Source: an uncultured delta proteobacterium
GTDB lineage: Bacteria; Desulfobacterota; Syntrophia; Syntrophales; UBA2185
Reading direction: 5' to 3'
DNA: 64,000 nucleotides
Assembly: GCA_963695875.1 (NCBI GenBank)
Contig: CAVOID010000011.1
Coordinates: forward strand, 160,001 to 224,000
The position numbers and the translations under genes are program-made. Position 1 is the first letter of the stretch. Each line of letters begins with the position of its first letter. Positions 1 to 11,140 of this stretch are shown one piece after another. Below the pieces are notes generated by a model. The model saw nothing but the letters and a program-made list of their open reading frames with translations. It was not told where the DNA came from and ran no database searches.

Positions 1-2
1 CC

Positions 3-836
3 GGAAACGCCGTTATTTTGAGAGGCGGATCAGAGGCAATAAACTCGAATATCGCCATCGCACGCATCCTCCAGGGCGTCTTGAGGAAAGGGCCGATCCC
101 CGAGGATGCCATCCAGGTCATCCCGATGACCGAGAGGGAGGCAGTCCGGGAGATGCTGCAGCTCGAGGAATATATAGACCTGATCATCCCGCGGGGCGGT
201 GAAGACCTGATCAGGGCTGTCGTGAATGAGTCGAAGATCCCGGTCATTAAGCACTACAAGGGCGTCTGCCATATATTCGTGGATGCCGGCGCCGACTTTG
301 ATATGGCCGTAAAGATCTGCATGAATGCAAAGACCCAGCGCCCGGGGGTATGCAATGCCATGGAGACCCTCCTCGTCCATCAGGATATCGCAGGCAAGTT
401 CCTGCCGGTAGTGGCGCGCCATTTCAAAGAAGCGGGCGTTGTCATGAAGGGCTGCGAAAGGACACGGCGGATCCTCAAGGATATTGAAAAAGCTGTTGAG
501 AAAGACTGGTATGAGGAGTACCTTGATCTCGTTTTATCCATACGCGTCGTGAACGACCTCGATGAGGCTATCGCCCATATCGAAAAATACGGTTCCCTTC
601 ACACGGAATCAATCATCACCAGCAATTATCAGAATGCACAGCGGTTTTTAAATGAAGTCAACTCCTCCACTGTTCTGGTCAATGCGTCTACCCGTTTCAG
701 CGACGGGTTTGAGCTGGGCCTCGGTGCGGAAATAGGAATAAGTACGACTAAACTCCATGCCTTCGGTCCTATGGGACTGGAAGAGCTGACAACGACAAAA
801 TTTATCATTTATGGAAATGGACAGGTGAGAACATGA
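3..836 (+). CDS. proA: Gamma-glutamyl phosphate reductase (5'-truncated by window edge)
   Basis: [69 protein letters not shown] motifs; frame open from base 3. Confidence 0.97.
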   Translation, partial: GNAVILRGGSEAINSNIAIARILQGVLRKGPIPEDAIQVIPMTEREAVREMLQLEEYIDLIIPRGGEDLIRAVVNESKIPVIKHYKGVCHIFVDAGADFDMAVKICMNAKTQRPGVCNAMETLLVHQDIAGKFLPVVARHFKEAGVVMKGCERTRRILKDIEKAVEKDWYEEYLDLVLSIRVVNDLDEAIAHIEKYGSLHTESIITSNYQNAQRFLNEVNSSTVLVNASTRFSDGFELGLGAEIGISTTKLHAFGPMGLEELTTTKFIIYGNGQVRT

Positions 837-1483
837 AATGGGGATTATTGGGGGGCACATTTGATCCGATACATATCGGCCACCTGAGATGTGCCGAGGA
901 AGTGCTGGAGACTTTTAATCTGAACAGGATTCTTTTTATTCCGGCTTCAAAGCCGCCGCATAAGATAGATGCCGATATCACATCTTTTCATCATCGGGAA
1001 CAGATGATTACGCTGGCCATCGAAGGCAACCCGGTATTCACGTATTCCGACGTGGAGAAGCGGCGTGAAGATAAATCATATTCGGTGGAAACGGTGGATC
1101 ACATCCTGAAGAAGTACATGGAGGATCTGGAGTTGTATTTCATCCTGGGTCAGGATGCCTTTCATGCCATCCATACGTGGAAGGATTGGGAACGGCTGTT
1201 GCTCTTATGTAATTTTGTGGTGATGACCAGACCCGGTTACGAGGAGAGGGGCCTGAAAGGAATTCTTCCTCCTGATTTCGCATCACAATTCATTTATGAC
1301 GATAAGGTAAAAGGCTTCAGAGGTCCTACCGGACACGTTATTTATTTCCGGGGGGTCACCTTTCTGGACATCTCATCCAGCGATATCAGGCAAAGGGTAA
1401 ACACGGGTAGCTCCATCAAATATCTGGTCCCTGAATCAGTCCGCCATTATATTGTGAAGAACTCTCTGTACAGAAACCTTTAA
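833..1483 (+). CDS. nadD: Nicotinate-nucleotide adenylyltransferase
   Basis: [22 protein letters not shown] motifs; ATGA overlap with proA. Confidence 0.96.
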   Translation: MKWGLLGGTFDPIHIGHLRCAEEVLETFNLNRILFIPASKPPHKIDADITSFHHREQMITLAIEGNPVFTYSDVEKRREDKSYSVETVDHILKKYMEDLELYFILGQDAFHAIHTWKDWERLLLLCNFVVMTRPGYEERGLKGILPPDFASQFIYDDKVKGFRGPTGHVIYFRGVTFLDISSSDIRQRVNTGSSIKYLVPESVRHYIVKNSLYRNL

Positions 1484-1532
1484 AATAATAGGTACTCATA
1501 CGTCTAATTCAAAGAATATTGCGGTTAAATGC

Positions 1533-2309
1533 GTGCTTGGACGGGCAGGGAAACTCGCGCTGACACTGGGTCTGGTTTTTATTTTTTTTGGTGCTGCCCC
1601 GGTGGGAGCAGAAGAGAAGTTTCCGAAACCGGTTGGTGCTGTCAATGATTTTGCAGGTGTGATCCCTCAAGACTACAAAAACCGGATGGAGGGTCTGGCA
1701 CGGGAGGTACTTGAAAAAACGGGGACGACAATCGTAGTTGCCACGGTGCAAAGCCTCGGGGATAACGAACTGAATGATTATGTAAATAACTTATACAAGG
1801 CATGGGGCATCGGTAAAAAAGGGGAGGATAAGGGCGTCCTGATTTTTCTTGCCTTGAAGGAAAGGAAATTCAGAATAGAAACGGGATACGGTGTTGAAGG
1901 TATCCTTCCTGATGGACTTGTGGGTGAAATTCGTGACAGATACGTAATTCCATATCTCAAACAGGGCGATTATGGCAAGGGTCTTTCCAATGCCATGACC
2001 GCCGTGGCTTCCATTGTGGCGAAAGCTGCCAATGTTTCTCTTACAGGCGGCGCACCTGTCAGTCAACCGAGAGAGAAGAAAGTTAGGCAGGGCAGTGGCA
2101 TATTGCCTCTGATCATTCTTCTTCTGATCTTGATTCCGCTCCTCGGTACGAGGCAGGGAAGGAGCATGCTCCCGTGGCTGCTCCTCATGATGCTGAGCGG
2201 GAGCGGCGGCAGAGGCGGCGGTGGAGGTTTTGGAAGCTTTGGAGGCGGCGGCTTTGGTGGTTTTGGAGGCGGAGCAAGCGGGGGCGGTGGAGCAAGCGGT
2301 GACTTCTGA
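1533..2309 (+). CDS. TPM domain-containing membrane protein (YgcG family)
   Basis: Signal peptide, VNDFAGVI, WGIGKKGEDKGVL, RIETGYGVEGILPD, TM helix, Gly-rich tail ending GGGASGDF. Confidence 0.92.
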   Translation: MLGRAGKLALTLGLVFIFFGAAPVGAEEKFPKPVGAVNDFAGVIPQDYKNRMEGLAREVLEKTGTTIVVATVQSLGDNELNDYVNNLYKAWGIGKKGEDKGVLIFLALKERKFRIETGYGVEGILPDGLVGEIRDRYVIPYLKQGDYGKGLSNAMTAVASIVAKAANVSLTGGAPVSQPREKKVRQGSGILPLIILLLILIPLLGTRQGRSMLPWLLLMMLSGSGGRGGGGGFGSFGGGGFGGFGGGASGGGGASGDF

Positions 2310-2323
2310 AGGAGGGTTAGGAC

Positions 2324-3055
2324 ATGACAAAAGTACCAAAAAATCCTGAAGAAACTTTTGAAGAAATCACAGATGACTTCAAAAAGGTCTTCGGCAGCGA
2401 TCTCATTTCCATTATACTCTACGGAAGCGGAGCAAGCGGCCATTACGTTCCGGGGAAATCTGATCTCAATTTTTTTATAATCCTCTCGAAAGAAGGAATT
2501 GACAATCTGGACAAAGCCATCAGTATCGTTGCCCGGTGGCGGAAACGGAAAGCGGCAATACCTATATTTATGACAAAAGCAGAACTTTTATCTTCCCTCG
2601 ATTCATATCCCATTGAATTTCTCAGTATGAAAAGACATTATGTCCTTGTCTACGGCGAGGATGTTCTTGGCGGATTGTCCTTCGATCCATGCCATCTCAG
2701 ATTGCAGTTTGAGAGGGAGCTGAAAGGAAAAATCCTCCATTTGCGAAGGGGCCTGCTGGAAGCGGAAGGACGGGCAAAGCGGGTTCGCGAACTGATTCAA
2801 TCCTCCTTCATCGCATTTATCTCCATATTTAAAGCCCTCTTATACTTTAAAGGCATCGACATACCTCACAGCCGGCGGGATATTATCAAATCCGTCGCCG
2901 GGGCATATTCCATAGATGCGGATATTTTTCTGAAATGCGCCGATATCAAGGAAGACATCGACCGTATTCCGGCGTCTGAGATTGCATCCGTCTTTAAAGA
3001 CTATGTAAAAGAAATTGAAAAACTATCCGAAGAGATTGATCGCATGAACGTTTGA
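2324..3055 (+). CDS. Nucleotidyltransferase-fold protein in the TPM/LemA cluster
   Basis: ILYGSGASGHYVPGKSDLN pol-beta-like motif (second Asp replaced by Asn); RBS GGAGGG. Confidence 0.75.
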   Translation: MTKVPKNPEETFEEITDDFKKVFGSDLISIILYGSGASGHYVPGKSDLNFFIILSKEGIDNLDKAISIVARWRKRKAAIPIFMTKAELLSSLDSYPIEFLSMKRHYVLVYGEDVLGGLSFDPCHLRLQFERELKGKILHLRRGLLEAEGRAKRVRELIQSSFIAFISIFKALLYFKGIDIPHSRRDIIKSVAGAYSIDADIFLKCADIKEDIDRIPASEIASVFKDYVKEIEKLSEEIDRMNV

Positions 3056-3125
3056 AAACACCCTGACTTTAATAGAGTGTGTAGATCATATTTGAAAAGT
3101 TACGAAATATATCAGGAGGTACGGC

Positions 3126-3702
3126 ATGACCAGCGGGAAAAGAAACTCTCATCATTGCGGTTGTAATTGTACTTGTAGTTATTTTTGCTCTCTACTCCTT
3201 CTTCAAGGGAACTTATAACAACTTTGTTTCTTTGGATGAGGCGGTAAAAGGATCATGGGCTCAGGTGGAAAACCAGCTCCAGCGACGGTACGACCTGATT
3301 CCCAACCTTGTGGAGACGGTGAAAGGATACGCCAAACAGGAGAAGGATGTCCTTGTCGAGGTCACAAACGCCAGGGCAAAGGTAGGCGGTGCGACGAGTG
3401 TGCCGGATAAGATCAGCGCCAACAATGAATTGTCCAGCGCCCTGAGCAGGCTCCTGGTTGTGGTGGAAAGATATCCCGACCTCAAGTCCAACCAGAATTT
3501 CATGCGCCTCCAGGATGAGCTGGCGGGGACGGAAAACCGGATCGCCGTGGAGAGAAAACGTTATAACGACGCTGTGAAGACATACAATGTCGCGATCAGA
3601 AGCTTCCCGGCAAATTTACTGGCGGGCATGTTCGGTTTCCATGGTGCGACCTTCTTCGAGGCACCGGCGCCGGCAAAGGCCGCTCCGCAGGTAAAATTCT
3701 AG
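3126..3702 (+). CDS. lemA: LemA family protein (one apparent +1 frameshift near 3140)
   Basis: QLQRRYDLIPNLVETVKGYA, YPDLKSNQNF, GTENRIAVER. RBS AGGAGG precedes ATG 3126, but the TM segment TLIIAVVIVLVVIFALYSFF lies in the frame of ORF 3232. Confidence 0.9.
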
Positions 3703-3745
3703 GATGAAGGTTAATCTACGAAAAAGTTGATAGTATCTTAAGGAT

Positions 3746-3858
3746 TGAAGCTTCCAGCCCAAAGGACTGGGCTTCCCGGCAAGGAGATTATTTATTTTGC
3801 ATTGCGCCCCCTTGCCCCGCCTGAAAGGCAGGGTCTGCGGGTTGCGCTTCCGGTCGAA
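3746..3858. repeat. ~110 bp two-hairpin element, TGAAGCT family A copy 1
   Basis: TGAAGCT, hairpin, AAGGA, then CCCCGCCTGAAAGGCAGGG hairpin; similar to 5824-5932. Confidence 0.75.
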
Positions 3859-4124
3859 TGGTCAAGGATTCAAGGATTCAAGTGCTTCAAAAAACTATTG
3901 AACCCTAGAATCCTTGATGCCTTTTTGCAACTAAACCTGATTAGATTATTCCCTGCCATACAGTTCCGCCATCTCCCGAATTCTTTCTGCTATGGATTGC
4001 AATTTTTGAGGGAAGCAGGAAATCTTACTCAATAATGGCTGTTATAAAGCTCCCCCTTCCGTCGAGATGGTTGTCATAACCGGCCAATGCGAGGGATCGT
4101 GATATGCCCCATTCAGGATGGATC

Positions 4125-4655
4125 GCTCCACACGTAAAAATCCTGATGTGCGAAAAGCCCTTTCAATCCTCCCACGTGCTCCGGCGAATAGGAGGGGATC
4201 ATCTCTATCCCCAAATGCCTCATGGCACGTCCAAATTGCGTCAGTTGGGTTTTACTTACCTTACCTCCCTCATCAGGCGTATACCAGTAATGACTCCCGC
4301 GGTCGGTATAAAGAGAGCTGAATAAACCATCCTTAAGAATTATCTCCTTCACCCCTCGAACACTGATCTTCGTTCCTTCCTCGGGGAGAGAGGACATCGA
4401 AGAATGCTCATTAGTTGCATCGTCCATGGTTACAATCAGGTCCCACTTCTTCCCTGGCACCCATTCATGAGTGCTTCCATCCTGATGTAACATCATGCCT
4501 GGTATAGGAGATCGTTCCCGTCGTTTACGATGCGCTCCCCGCTTAGGCGCCTTGGGAACCAATCCTTGCGACTGGAGGGTGCTCTTTACCCACGTGTAAC
4601 TCCTTTGACCACCATCGTGTTTATACCACCCATAAAAATGCTTTACGTTACATCT
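4125..4655 (-). pseudogene. Degraded ISNCY/IS481-like DDE transposase fragment
   Basis: GMMLHQDGSTHEW, LIVTMDDAT, LYTDRGSHY, TQFGRAM motifs; N-terminus missing and frame lost after SYSPE. Confidence 0.85.
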
Positions 4656-4838
4656 TGGATCACTTTTTAAAGGGAAGAATTTATTATGTGGAAAAAGGAT
4701 TTTTGCTTGTTGCAGTCGACCACCGCAACAGGATATGTTATTATATAGTTCCGATGATTGACGTGCCATCTTTATTTATCTATATTTCGGCATGAAGCTT
4801 GATAAACGCCAACACCACGACAATCCAAGGAGGATAAG

Positions 4839-5747
4839 ATGAACAGAACCGTTACAACAGTCATAGATACAGGGAAGTGTATTGGCTGCGGCTTGTGCGT
4901 GGAGGTCTGCCCATACGGAACTATTTCCATGGAGGGTGAAAAGGCTGTTGTGTCCGGAGTCAGATCAATGTCCTGCGGGCACTGCGCCGCAGTCTGCCCC
5001 GCCGATGCGATCAGGGTGAACGCGATTGACAAAGAGTCAGCCGGCTTCGCCACCTTCACAGCGGATGATGCATGGCTGCCACACGGTGAGTATGACACGG
5101 TGCAGCTCGTCAGACTTATGAGTTCAAGGCGCTCCTGCCGCAATTTTCGTGATTTACCTGTGAATCGCGCGCTACTTGACGATCTGGTCAAGATCGGCAT
5201 CACGGCTCCCTCCGGAACAAACAGCCAGTTATGGACATTTACCATGCTGCCCACGCGGAAAGCTGTCCTGAATCTCGGAGAGCGTGTCGCCACCTTTTTC
5301 AAGAAACTCAATCGTATGTCCGAAAAGAGATATCTGCGACATTTTTTGAAACTCATCGGCAAACCGGAATTGGATGAATATTTCCGTGGGTATCACGATT
5401 CCGTGGAGGAGGCACTCGCCAAATGGGATAACTCCGGAATTGACAAGCTGTTTCATGGGGCAACGGCGGCTATGGTGATAGGATCAAAGCCGGGGGCTTC
5501 CTGTCCGGGGGAAGACGCCCTTCTTGCCTCGCAGAATATTTTGCTTGCTGCACACAGCATGGGATTGGGTACCTGCCTCATAGGTTTTGCAGTAGAGGCC
5601 ATGAAGCAGGACATTACAATCAAGAGATTTTTAGGTATCCCGGATGATGAGCAGGTGTATTCTGTGATTGCCCTTGGGTATCCCGATGAGAAATACCAGC
5701 GGACAGCGGGCAGGAAAAAATATACACAGCGATATTATGAGGTATGA
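4839..5747 (+). CDS. Nitroreductase family protein with N-terminal ferredoxin domain
   Basis: CIGCGLCVEVCP and SCGHCAAVCP Fe-S motifs; RRSCRNF, APSGTN, GLGTCLIG. Confidence 0.93.
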   Translation: MNRTVTTVIDTGKCIGCGLCVEVCPYGTISMEGEKAVVSGVRSMSCGHCAAVCPADAIRVNAIDKESAGFATFTADDAWLPHGEYDTVQLVRLMSSRRSCRNFRDLPVNRALLDDLVKIGITAPSGTNSQLWTFTMLPTRKAVLNLGERVATFFKKLNRMSEKRYLRHFLKLIGKPELDEYFRGYHDSVEEALAKWDNSGIDKLFHGATAAMVIGSKPGASCPGEDALLASQNILLAAHSMGLGTCLIGFAVEAMKQDITIKRFLGIPDDEQVYSVIALGYPDEKYQRTAGRKKYTQRYYEV

Positions 5748-5823
5748 ACATCATACCAAATCACTCGACAGGCGCAGGTCAGGAGATCGGGCTCATCGTC
5801 TTGATTTGCAGATAGTGAGATTG

Positions 5824-5932
5824 TGAAGCTCCCCGCCCCCAGGGCGGGGCTTCCCGGAAAGGAAACCATGCTTACATTGCACCCCTTATCCCCGCCTACA
5901 AGGCGGGGCTTGCGGGATGTGCCCCCTGTCAA
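5824..5932. repeat. ~110 bp two-hairpin element, TGAAGCT family A copy 2
   Basis: CCCCGCCCCCAGGGCGGGG and CCCCGCCTACAAGGCGGGG hairpins; ends GTCAA. Confidence 0.8.
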
Positions 5933-6014
5933 TTTCTGATTGCTATGGCAAGTAATACGGTTTAAAATTAAAATAAAGCATTCATGATGGTTTTTCATCA
6001 CAAAGGATACCACT

Positions 6015-7684
6015 ATGACCGATTACAAACAATTTTATGGCTTTTCAGCAAGCCCATTTAATCTTTCTACGGATCCAAAATTCTTCTTTCCCGCGGAAAG
6101 CCATAAAGAAGCCTTAGCCGCCCTGTTATATGGGATTAACGAGAGAAAGGGATTTATCCTTATCCTGGGAGAAAAGGGAATCGGCAAAACCGCCGTGATT
6201 CACAAAATGATCACCATGTATCATCTGCACCAATCACCGTATTTTGGATTATTGGGCAAGACCACCATGATTGACCGCGTGACTGAAACGTTAGGCTACA
6301 GGGTAAAAACTGTGTACTTCCCTCGCGGCCGCATCACTTTCGAGCAAATGTTAAAGGAAATCCTCGTTAAATTAAATCTGCCATTGAGAGAGGGAGCCAA
6401 GGGCTCTATGATGCATGAGCTGTATTACTATCTGATTCAAAGTCTGGAACGGAATGAGAATGTTGTAATCATCATTGACGATGCCCATGAAATAAGTCTG
6501 GAGGCAATTGAAGAATTACGCTTGCTCTCAAACCTGGAGACCAGTAAATCAAAGTTGCTTCAGATTGTTCTTGTAGGTCAGCCGGAGCTCAAAGCAAAAC
6601 TCCGTTCTGAAGTTATAAGGCAGATCAGACAGCGGATTGTTATAAATCGTGAGATAGGTCCTCTGACCGAAGAAGAATCCATGGAATACATCAATCACCG
6701 GTTAAAAATTGCGGGAAGCAGCAGCTCCAAGGTCTTCACAGATGAGGCCCTATCTTTGATCTGCCGGTATGCAAAAGGAATTCCCCATACAATCAATTTG
6801 CTTTGCAGTAACGCCATATCGATCGGTTATGGACTTTCCGAGAAGAAGATTTCCGCTTCAACTGTGAAGAATGTCCAAAGAGAAAAAGGTATCTCAACAC
6901 AGAAAAGTGATCAAACAAAGATTCCCGAACTTAAACGAAATCCACTGAGAAGGATTTCCTATGTCTTTCTGACGCTGGCTATCTTTGCAACGGTTATATT
7001 CTTTAGCAAGGACTTTCTGCAAAATATCTTTAGAACACAGGAGACAAAAAATTTAATCCAACAGCCGGTCTTGAAGGATAAAGGTGAAACTTTTAAATCT
7101 GAAGCTAAACATCGTGGCGCTCCTAAAACTGATGCAGCCGCGCCGAGTGCCGTTGTCAGAAACCTACTGCTAAAAACTACGGAAACCCCTGCATCATCTC
7201 CGGCTGATTTGAGCAAGCCCGGCACTGACATTCCTGTAAAAAAGGTCGTCGAAGTGAAGAAAGGGTTAACCCTCTCTTTATTGGCTCTTAAATACTATAA
7301 TGAGGCAAATCTGACTCTCGTTGACCATATTTGGCAGGTCAACCCGGAAATAACAAACCCGGATCTTATCCTGGTCAGTCAGAAAATAAAGATACCGGAA
7401 ATTACGGATTCGTCATTGATCAGATATTCTTCAGATGGTTCATGCAAGGTATACCTGGGAACTTTTCCAAATCGTCAAGATGCCGCCCGATACGAAATTT
7501 TATAAAGGTTTAAAGGGGAAAAATATTGAGATTGTACCGCAGGAAAGTATCGCAAACAGTTACCTGGTATAGAGCAACGGCTGGACCTTTTGAAAACAAA
7601 AATGAGGGATTGAAGGTCGTAGAGGAATTGAAAAAGAATGGTCTTCTGCCATCCTTTCCAAGATCTGCCAACAAAAAATATTAA
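6015..7684 (+). CDS. ExeA-family AAA ATPase with TM, LysM-like and probable SPOR-like C-terminus (ORF stops at 7505; tail continues via two frameshifts to 7684)
   Basis: YKQFYGFSASPF, GEKGIGKT, IIDDAH, LVGQPEL; VKKGLTLSLLALKYY...NPEITNPDLILVSQKIKIP; shifted tail WYRATAGPFENKNEGLKVVEELKK. Confidence 0.82.
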
Positions 7685-7774
7685 GGGGCAGTCTGTAGGA
7701 AGCCCGAATATCTGTGACTTCAGATAGAAGCCGTTGAAAAGTTGTTATTAATGTCTCTAAAGGTCGCGTTCAGT

Positions 7775-8137
7775 TCAGGCATCTTTTCCATCTCTCACAT
7801 TGAGAAAGTTTCTTTTCCCAATTCTATAGGCGTCTATCACGGAAAAAAGCCAGCAGCATGCAATAAATACGAATATGATGTCGGAATAAATGGCATTGGG
7901 TGTCGAATATGTAGTGGCAAGATTCACAATTGTATCCATATCAGCGTTCCCACCTTCAATTTTAATTTTCTTTAGACTCTCCAGAGCACCAACAGTTGCC
8001 ATTCCAATAATAAACGTCAGTCCCAGTATCACAGGTATGATAATGGTTAGCCCTCGCATGTATCGTTTGAGATAAATCTGACCCAGACCCGGGAACACCA
8101 ATCCCGATAATAAAGCAGCTTTAACGGGGCTTTTCAT
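7775..8137 (-). CDS. Small membrane protein (AALLSxxxPGLGQxY family)
   Basis: Hydrophobic segments, WLFSVIDAY motif, RBS AGGAGG. Confidence 0.75.
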   Translation of the reverse strand: MKSPVKAALLSGLVFPGLGQIYLKRYMRGLTIIIPVILGLTFIIGMATVGALESLKKIKIEGGNADMDTIVNLATTYSTPNAIYSDIIFVFIACCWLFSVIDAYRIGKRNFLNVRDGKDA

Positions 8138-8222
8138 ATTTCACCTCCTGCCAACTATATTTGGCCGACTTACCTGCCTGTTAGTTTTGTACCACATCTT
8201 AATTAAAAGTTCCGCCGTTTTT

Positions 8223-8336
8223 TGAAGCTCCCCGCAGTAAACTGCGGAGAATCCGATCCGCAAGGAATAATGATGTTTCCCATTCGCTCGCTTACCCCGC
8301 AGCACGCTACGGGGCAAGCACTCGCTGCCGGATTCA
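8223..8336. repeat. ~115 bp two-hairpin element, TGAAGCT family B copy 1
   Basis: TGAA...TTCA ends, CCGCAGTAAACTGCGG hairpin; aligns with 28992-29107. Confidence 0.8.
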
Positions 8337-8477
8337 TCCTTTTATAGGTTGCTGCCCCCTCCAAAGAGGGCAAAATTCCAACTTGCTGGTGCATAATTCC
8401 CCAATAAGGAAAACGCCGGTATTCCCCCTTAATTTCTTAAGTTGCTGTTTTAGGATGGTTTCCCATAAATTTCCTGT

Positions 8478-8494
8478 CTGGCATATCCTTTGCT
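8478..8494 (+). promoter_or_regulatory. Candidate sigma-54 promoter
   Basis: CTGGCAT-ATCCT-TTGCT matches the -24/-12 consensus with exact spacing, in intergenic DNA. Confidence 0.55.
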
Positions 8495-8706
8495 GTTGAT
8501 TTCCCTTAATAGTAAAAGGAGCCGACTGGGAAGTCCCAAATTTTGACCCTAAAACGTATCAAACTACCTTTAAAGGAGACAAAAATATGGAAAAGAAAAA
8601 TTAAAAGTAGGATTTGCAGAGGGGAAGCAAGGGATAAAATCTATTTTTGCGCTAATGAAACAATGTGGTATAATGTCGCAAATTAAATCTGAAAAGGAGA
8701 ATCAAA

Positions 8707-9009
8707 ATGATGAAAAAGCTTTTATTGAAGATTTTTATAATAGGTCTTGCCCTGGCATTTGCCGGTACCATCTGTTTTGCAGCGGATGCAAAAAATATAG
8801 CTCAAACAGATCAGGAACAATATGTCAATATTAATAAGGCATCCAAGAATCCGCTTATGACCCTGCCGGGTATTAATGATTTTATTGCACAAAAGATCAT
8901 CGACAACCGTCCGTATAAAAATAAGGAAGAGCTCAAAACAAAGAAAATTATACCGGCCGATCTCTATGAGAAGATAAAGAGCAGGATCATCACAAGAGAC
9001 CCCACATAG
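8707..9009 (+). CDS. ComEA-like helix-hairpin-helix protein (paralog 1)
   Basis: Signal peptide; VNINKAS, LPGI, IIDNRPY. Confidence 0.88.
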   Translation: MMKKLLLKIFIIGLALAFAGTICFAADAKNIAQTDQEQYVNINKASKNPLMTLPGINDFIAQKIIDNRPYKNKEELKTKKIIPADLYEKIKSRIITRDPT

Positions 9010-9046
9010 AAAATGTTAATAGCATGTTCTTGGTGGTTTAAAGAAA

Positions 9047-9079
9047 TAAGCCCCGGATATCCTTCCGGGGTTTATTTTT
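9047..9079 (+). terminator. Intrinsic terminator
   Basis: CCCCGGA-TATCCT-TCCGGGG followed by a T-rich tail. Confidence 0.7.
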
Positions 9080-9124
9080 GGATTTTTTACGATGACATCC
9101 ATATTTTTGTGGTAAGATACAAAC

Positions 9125-10258
9125 ATGTTGGAACCAAATGCTATTATTTTAAGGGAAGATCCGGCAAAAGAATGGTCACACCCCTGGCTGGTCAGTTTTG
9201 TTAACTTTTGTCTCAGCTTCGCTGCCATGAGCTCTTTTATTTTTCTTCCCCTCCTGGGTGCGGAATTTGGAGCGTCTGATTTTGAAATCGGATTGATCGG
9301 GGGCGTCTATGGAATAACTTTTTTATTTTCTTCTCTTTTTTCAGGGTGGAAATCCGATCACCTGGGAAGGCTTCTTTTTGTGCGGTGGGGACTATTGATA
9401 AGCAGCATAGCTTTCGCCGCCCAGCTTCTGGCCCATAGTGTTCTCGTATTGATTATTGTTCGGGGAGCTGTGGGGTTTGCTCTGGGCATTGCTGTTGCAG
9501 CAACAATCACCTATGCGTTTGAATCAGGCGCCAATATGGGTAAGTACAGCTCTTACGGATCCCTGGGTTGGATTTTCGGCGCCATAGCGTCGGCGCTCGT
9601 GGGCGATATAGACCTTCTTTTCTGGCTCAGTTTTCTGTTTTGCCTGCTGGCCTTTTTCATTTCCCTGGCTTTTAAGAAGGTGCCGACGGTGACTTTTTCC
9701 AAACCACCCAATCTGTGGCATGTGATGCGCCGTGATTACAGGATTTACCTTGCGGTATTCCTGCGACACCTGGGCGCCAGTGCCTTCTGGATCATATTCC
9801 CGCTATACCTGGTTTCCATCGGTCTCGATAACTTCTGGATCGGTCTTCTATGGGGGACTAACTTTGCTGTGCAGTTCGTGGTCATGCGCCAGCTGGAGCG
9901 TTTTTCTGAATTTAAAACGTTTTTTTACGGTCAACTGCTGTCACTTTTTGTGTTTACTGCCTATATCTTTGTTACCGGCCGGTTTTACCTGATCATGGTG
10001 CAGGCGCTTATGGGCGTGGCCTGGTCCTGTCTCTATGTAGGCGCGCTGCTTATTGTCATGCGGGGCGGGAAAGAAAAGGGCACGGCCGGAGGCATATTCC
10101 AGTCTACGCTGAATTTGTGCAACGCAGTGGGGCCGATACTAGGAGGCCTCATTGCCCAGGGATGGGGATACCGCGGCGTTATGTTTTTCTCCGCCGCCCT
10201 GTGTCTGGGTGGAATGTTCGTAGCCGTGCCTGTGAACCGGAGAGTAACCGATAGTTAG
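9125..10258 (+). CDS. MFS transporter
   Basis: About 12 hydrophobic segments; GWKSDHLGR motif A. Confidence 0.9.
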   Translation: MLEPNAIILREDPAKEWSHPWLVSFVNFCLSFAAMSSFIFLPLLGAEFGASDFEIGLIGGVYGITFLFSSLFSGWKSDHLGRLLFVRWGLLISSIAFAAQLLAHSVLVLIIVRGAVGFALGIAVAATITYAFESGANMGKYSSYGSLGWIFGAIASALVGDIDLLFWLSFLFCLLAFFISLAFKKVPTVTFSKPPNLWHVMRRDYRIYLAVFLRHLGASAFWIIFPLYLVSIGLDNFWIGLLWGTNFAVQFVVMRQLERFSEFKTFFYGQLLSLFVFTAYIFVTGRFYLIMVQALMGVAWSCLYVGALLIVMRGGKEKGTAGGIFQSTLNLCNAVGPILGGLIAQGWGYRGVMFFSAALCLGGMFVAVPVNRRVTDS

Positions 10259-10292
10259 TCTACCATACTCATGTCAACCAAGGAGGAAGCAT

Positions 10293-11069
10293 ATGAAATA
10301 TGAACTTACAACCTTTGATCAGACGAGCGGCATTGGAACGATAACCCTGAATCATCCGGAAAAAAGGAACGCCCTTTCCCTCGATATGCTCAAAGAGCTT
10401 AACGATCTTTTAGACAACCTTAAAAAAAACACGGATATAAAAGTTGTCATTATCAAGGGGGCGGGCAAAATTTTTTCCTCCGGTCACGACCTTTCGGAGA
10501 TGGTCAATGAAGGACTCGTGGACTACATGGAAGTCTTCCAGACATGCAGCACCTTTATGCAGAAAATACAGGAGATGCCGCAGCCTTTTGTCGCCCAGGT
10601 CCACGGTGTAGCCACGGCGGCGGGATGCCAACTCGTGGCTGCATGTGACCTTGCCGTCGCGGAGGAAGGGACACGTTTTGCCACACCCGGTGTCAGGCTC
10701 GGCATCTTCTGCACGACCCCGGCGATTCCCCTGGTCCGTGCCGTGGGAAGAAAGCGCGCCCTGGAAATGCTCTTCACGGGACGCATGATTTCGGCAAGAG
10801 AAGCGGAGCAGTATGGTCTTGTCAACAAGGTCGTACCGTTCGACAAGCTGGAGGAAGAAACAAAAGCACTGGCCGAGAAGATCGCTGAGGCAAGTCCGCT
10901 GACGCTCCGGATCGGCAAGCAGGCTTTTTATGCCCAGGTCAACTTGAGTGATGCCCAGGCATATAACATCGGCAATGAAGTTATGGTAGGCAATCTGTTT
11001 GCAGAAGACGCCAATGAGGGCATCCGTGCCTTCCTTGAAAAACGTAAACCCGTATGGACGGGTAAATAA
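10293..11069 (+). CDS. Enoyl-CoA hydratase/isomerase family protein
   Basis: FSSGHDL, ATAAGCQLVAACDL, EGIRAFLEKRKP. Confidence 0.93.
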   Translation: MKYELTTFDQTSGIGTITLNHPEKRNALSLDMLKELNDLLDNLKKNTDIKVVIIKGAGKIFSSGHDLSEMVNEGLVDYMEVFQTCSTFMQKIQEMPQPFVAQVHGVATAAGCQLVAACDLAVAEEGTRFATPGVRLGIFCTTPAIPLVRAVGRKRALEMLFTGRMISAREAEQYGLVNKVVPFDKLEEETKALAEKIAEASPLTLRIGKQAFYAQVNLSDAQAYNIGNEVMVGNLFAEDANEGIRAFLEKRKPVWTGK

Positions 11070-11140
11070 GAGATTTATCATTTTGACCGGCGGTTTACTC
11101 AGGGTGAACCCCGGGAGAAATCTTTTGAGCCATTGAAACC

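Noticed and set aside
3864..3918. CAAGGATTC...GAATCCTTG inverted repeat; also REP-like palindromes at about 33585-33620 and 33688-33725
   Set aside because: Single degenerate copies with no further support; likely ordinary intergenic palindromes.
3745..4035. 96 aa ORF, and similar ORFs at 5735-6013, 8203-8394 and 28909-29115
   Set aside because: They are read-throughs of the hairpin repeats, with no RBS or protein features.
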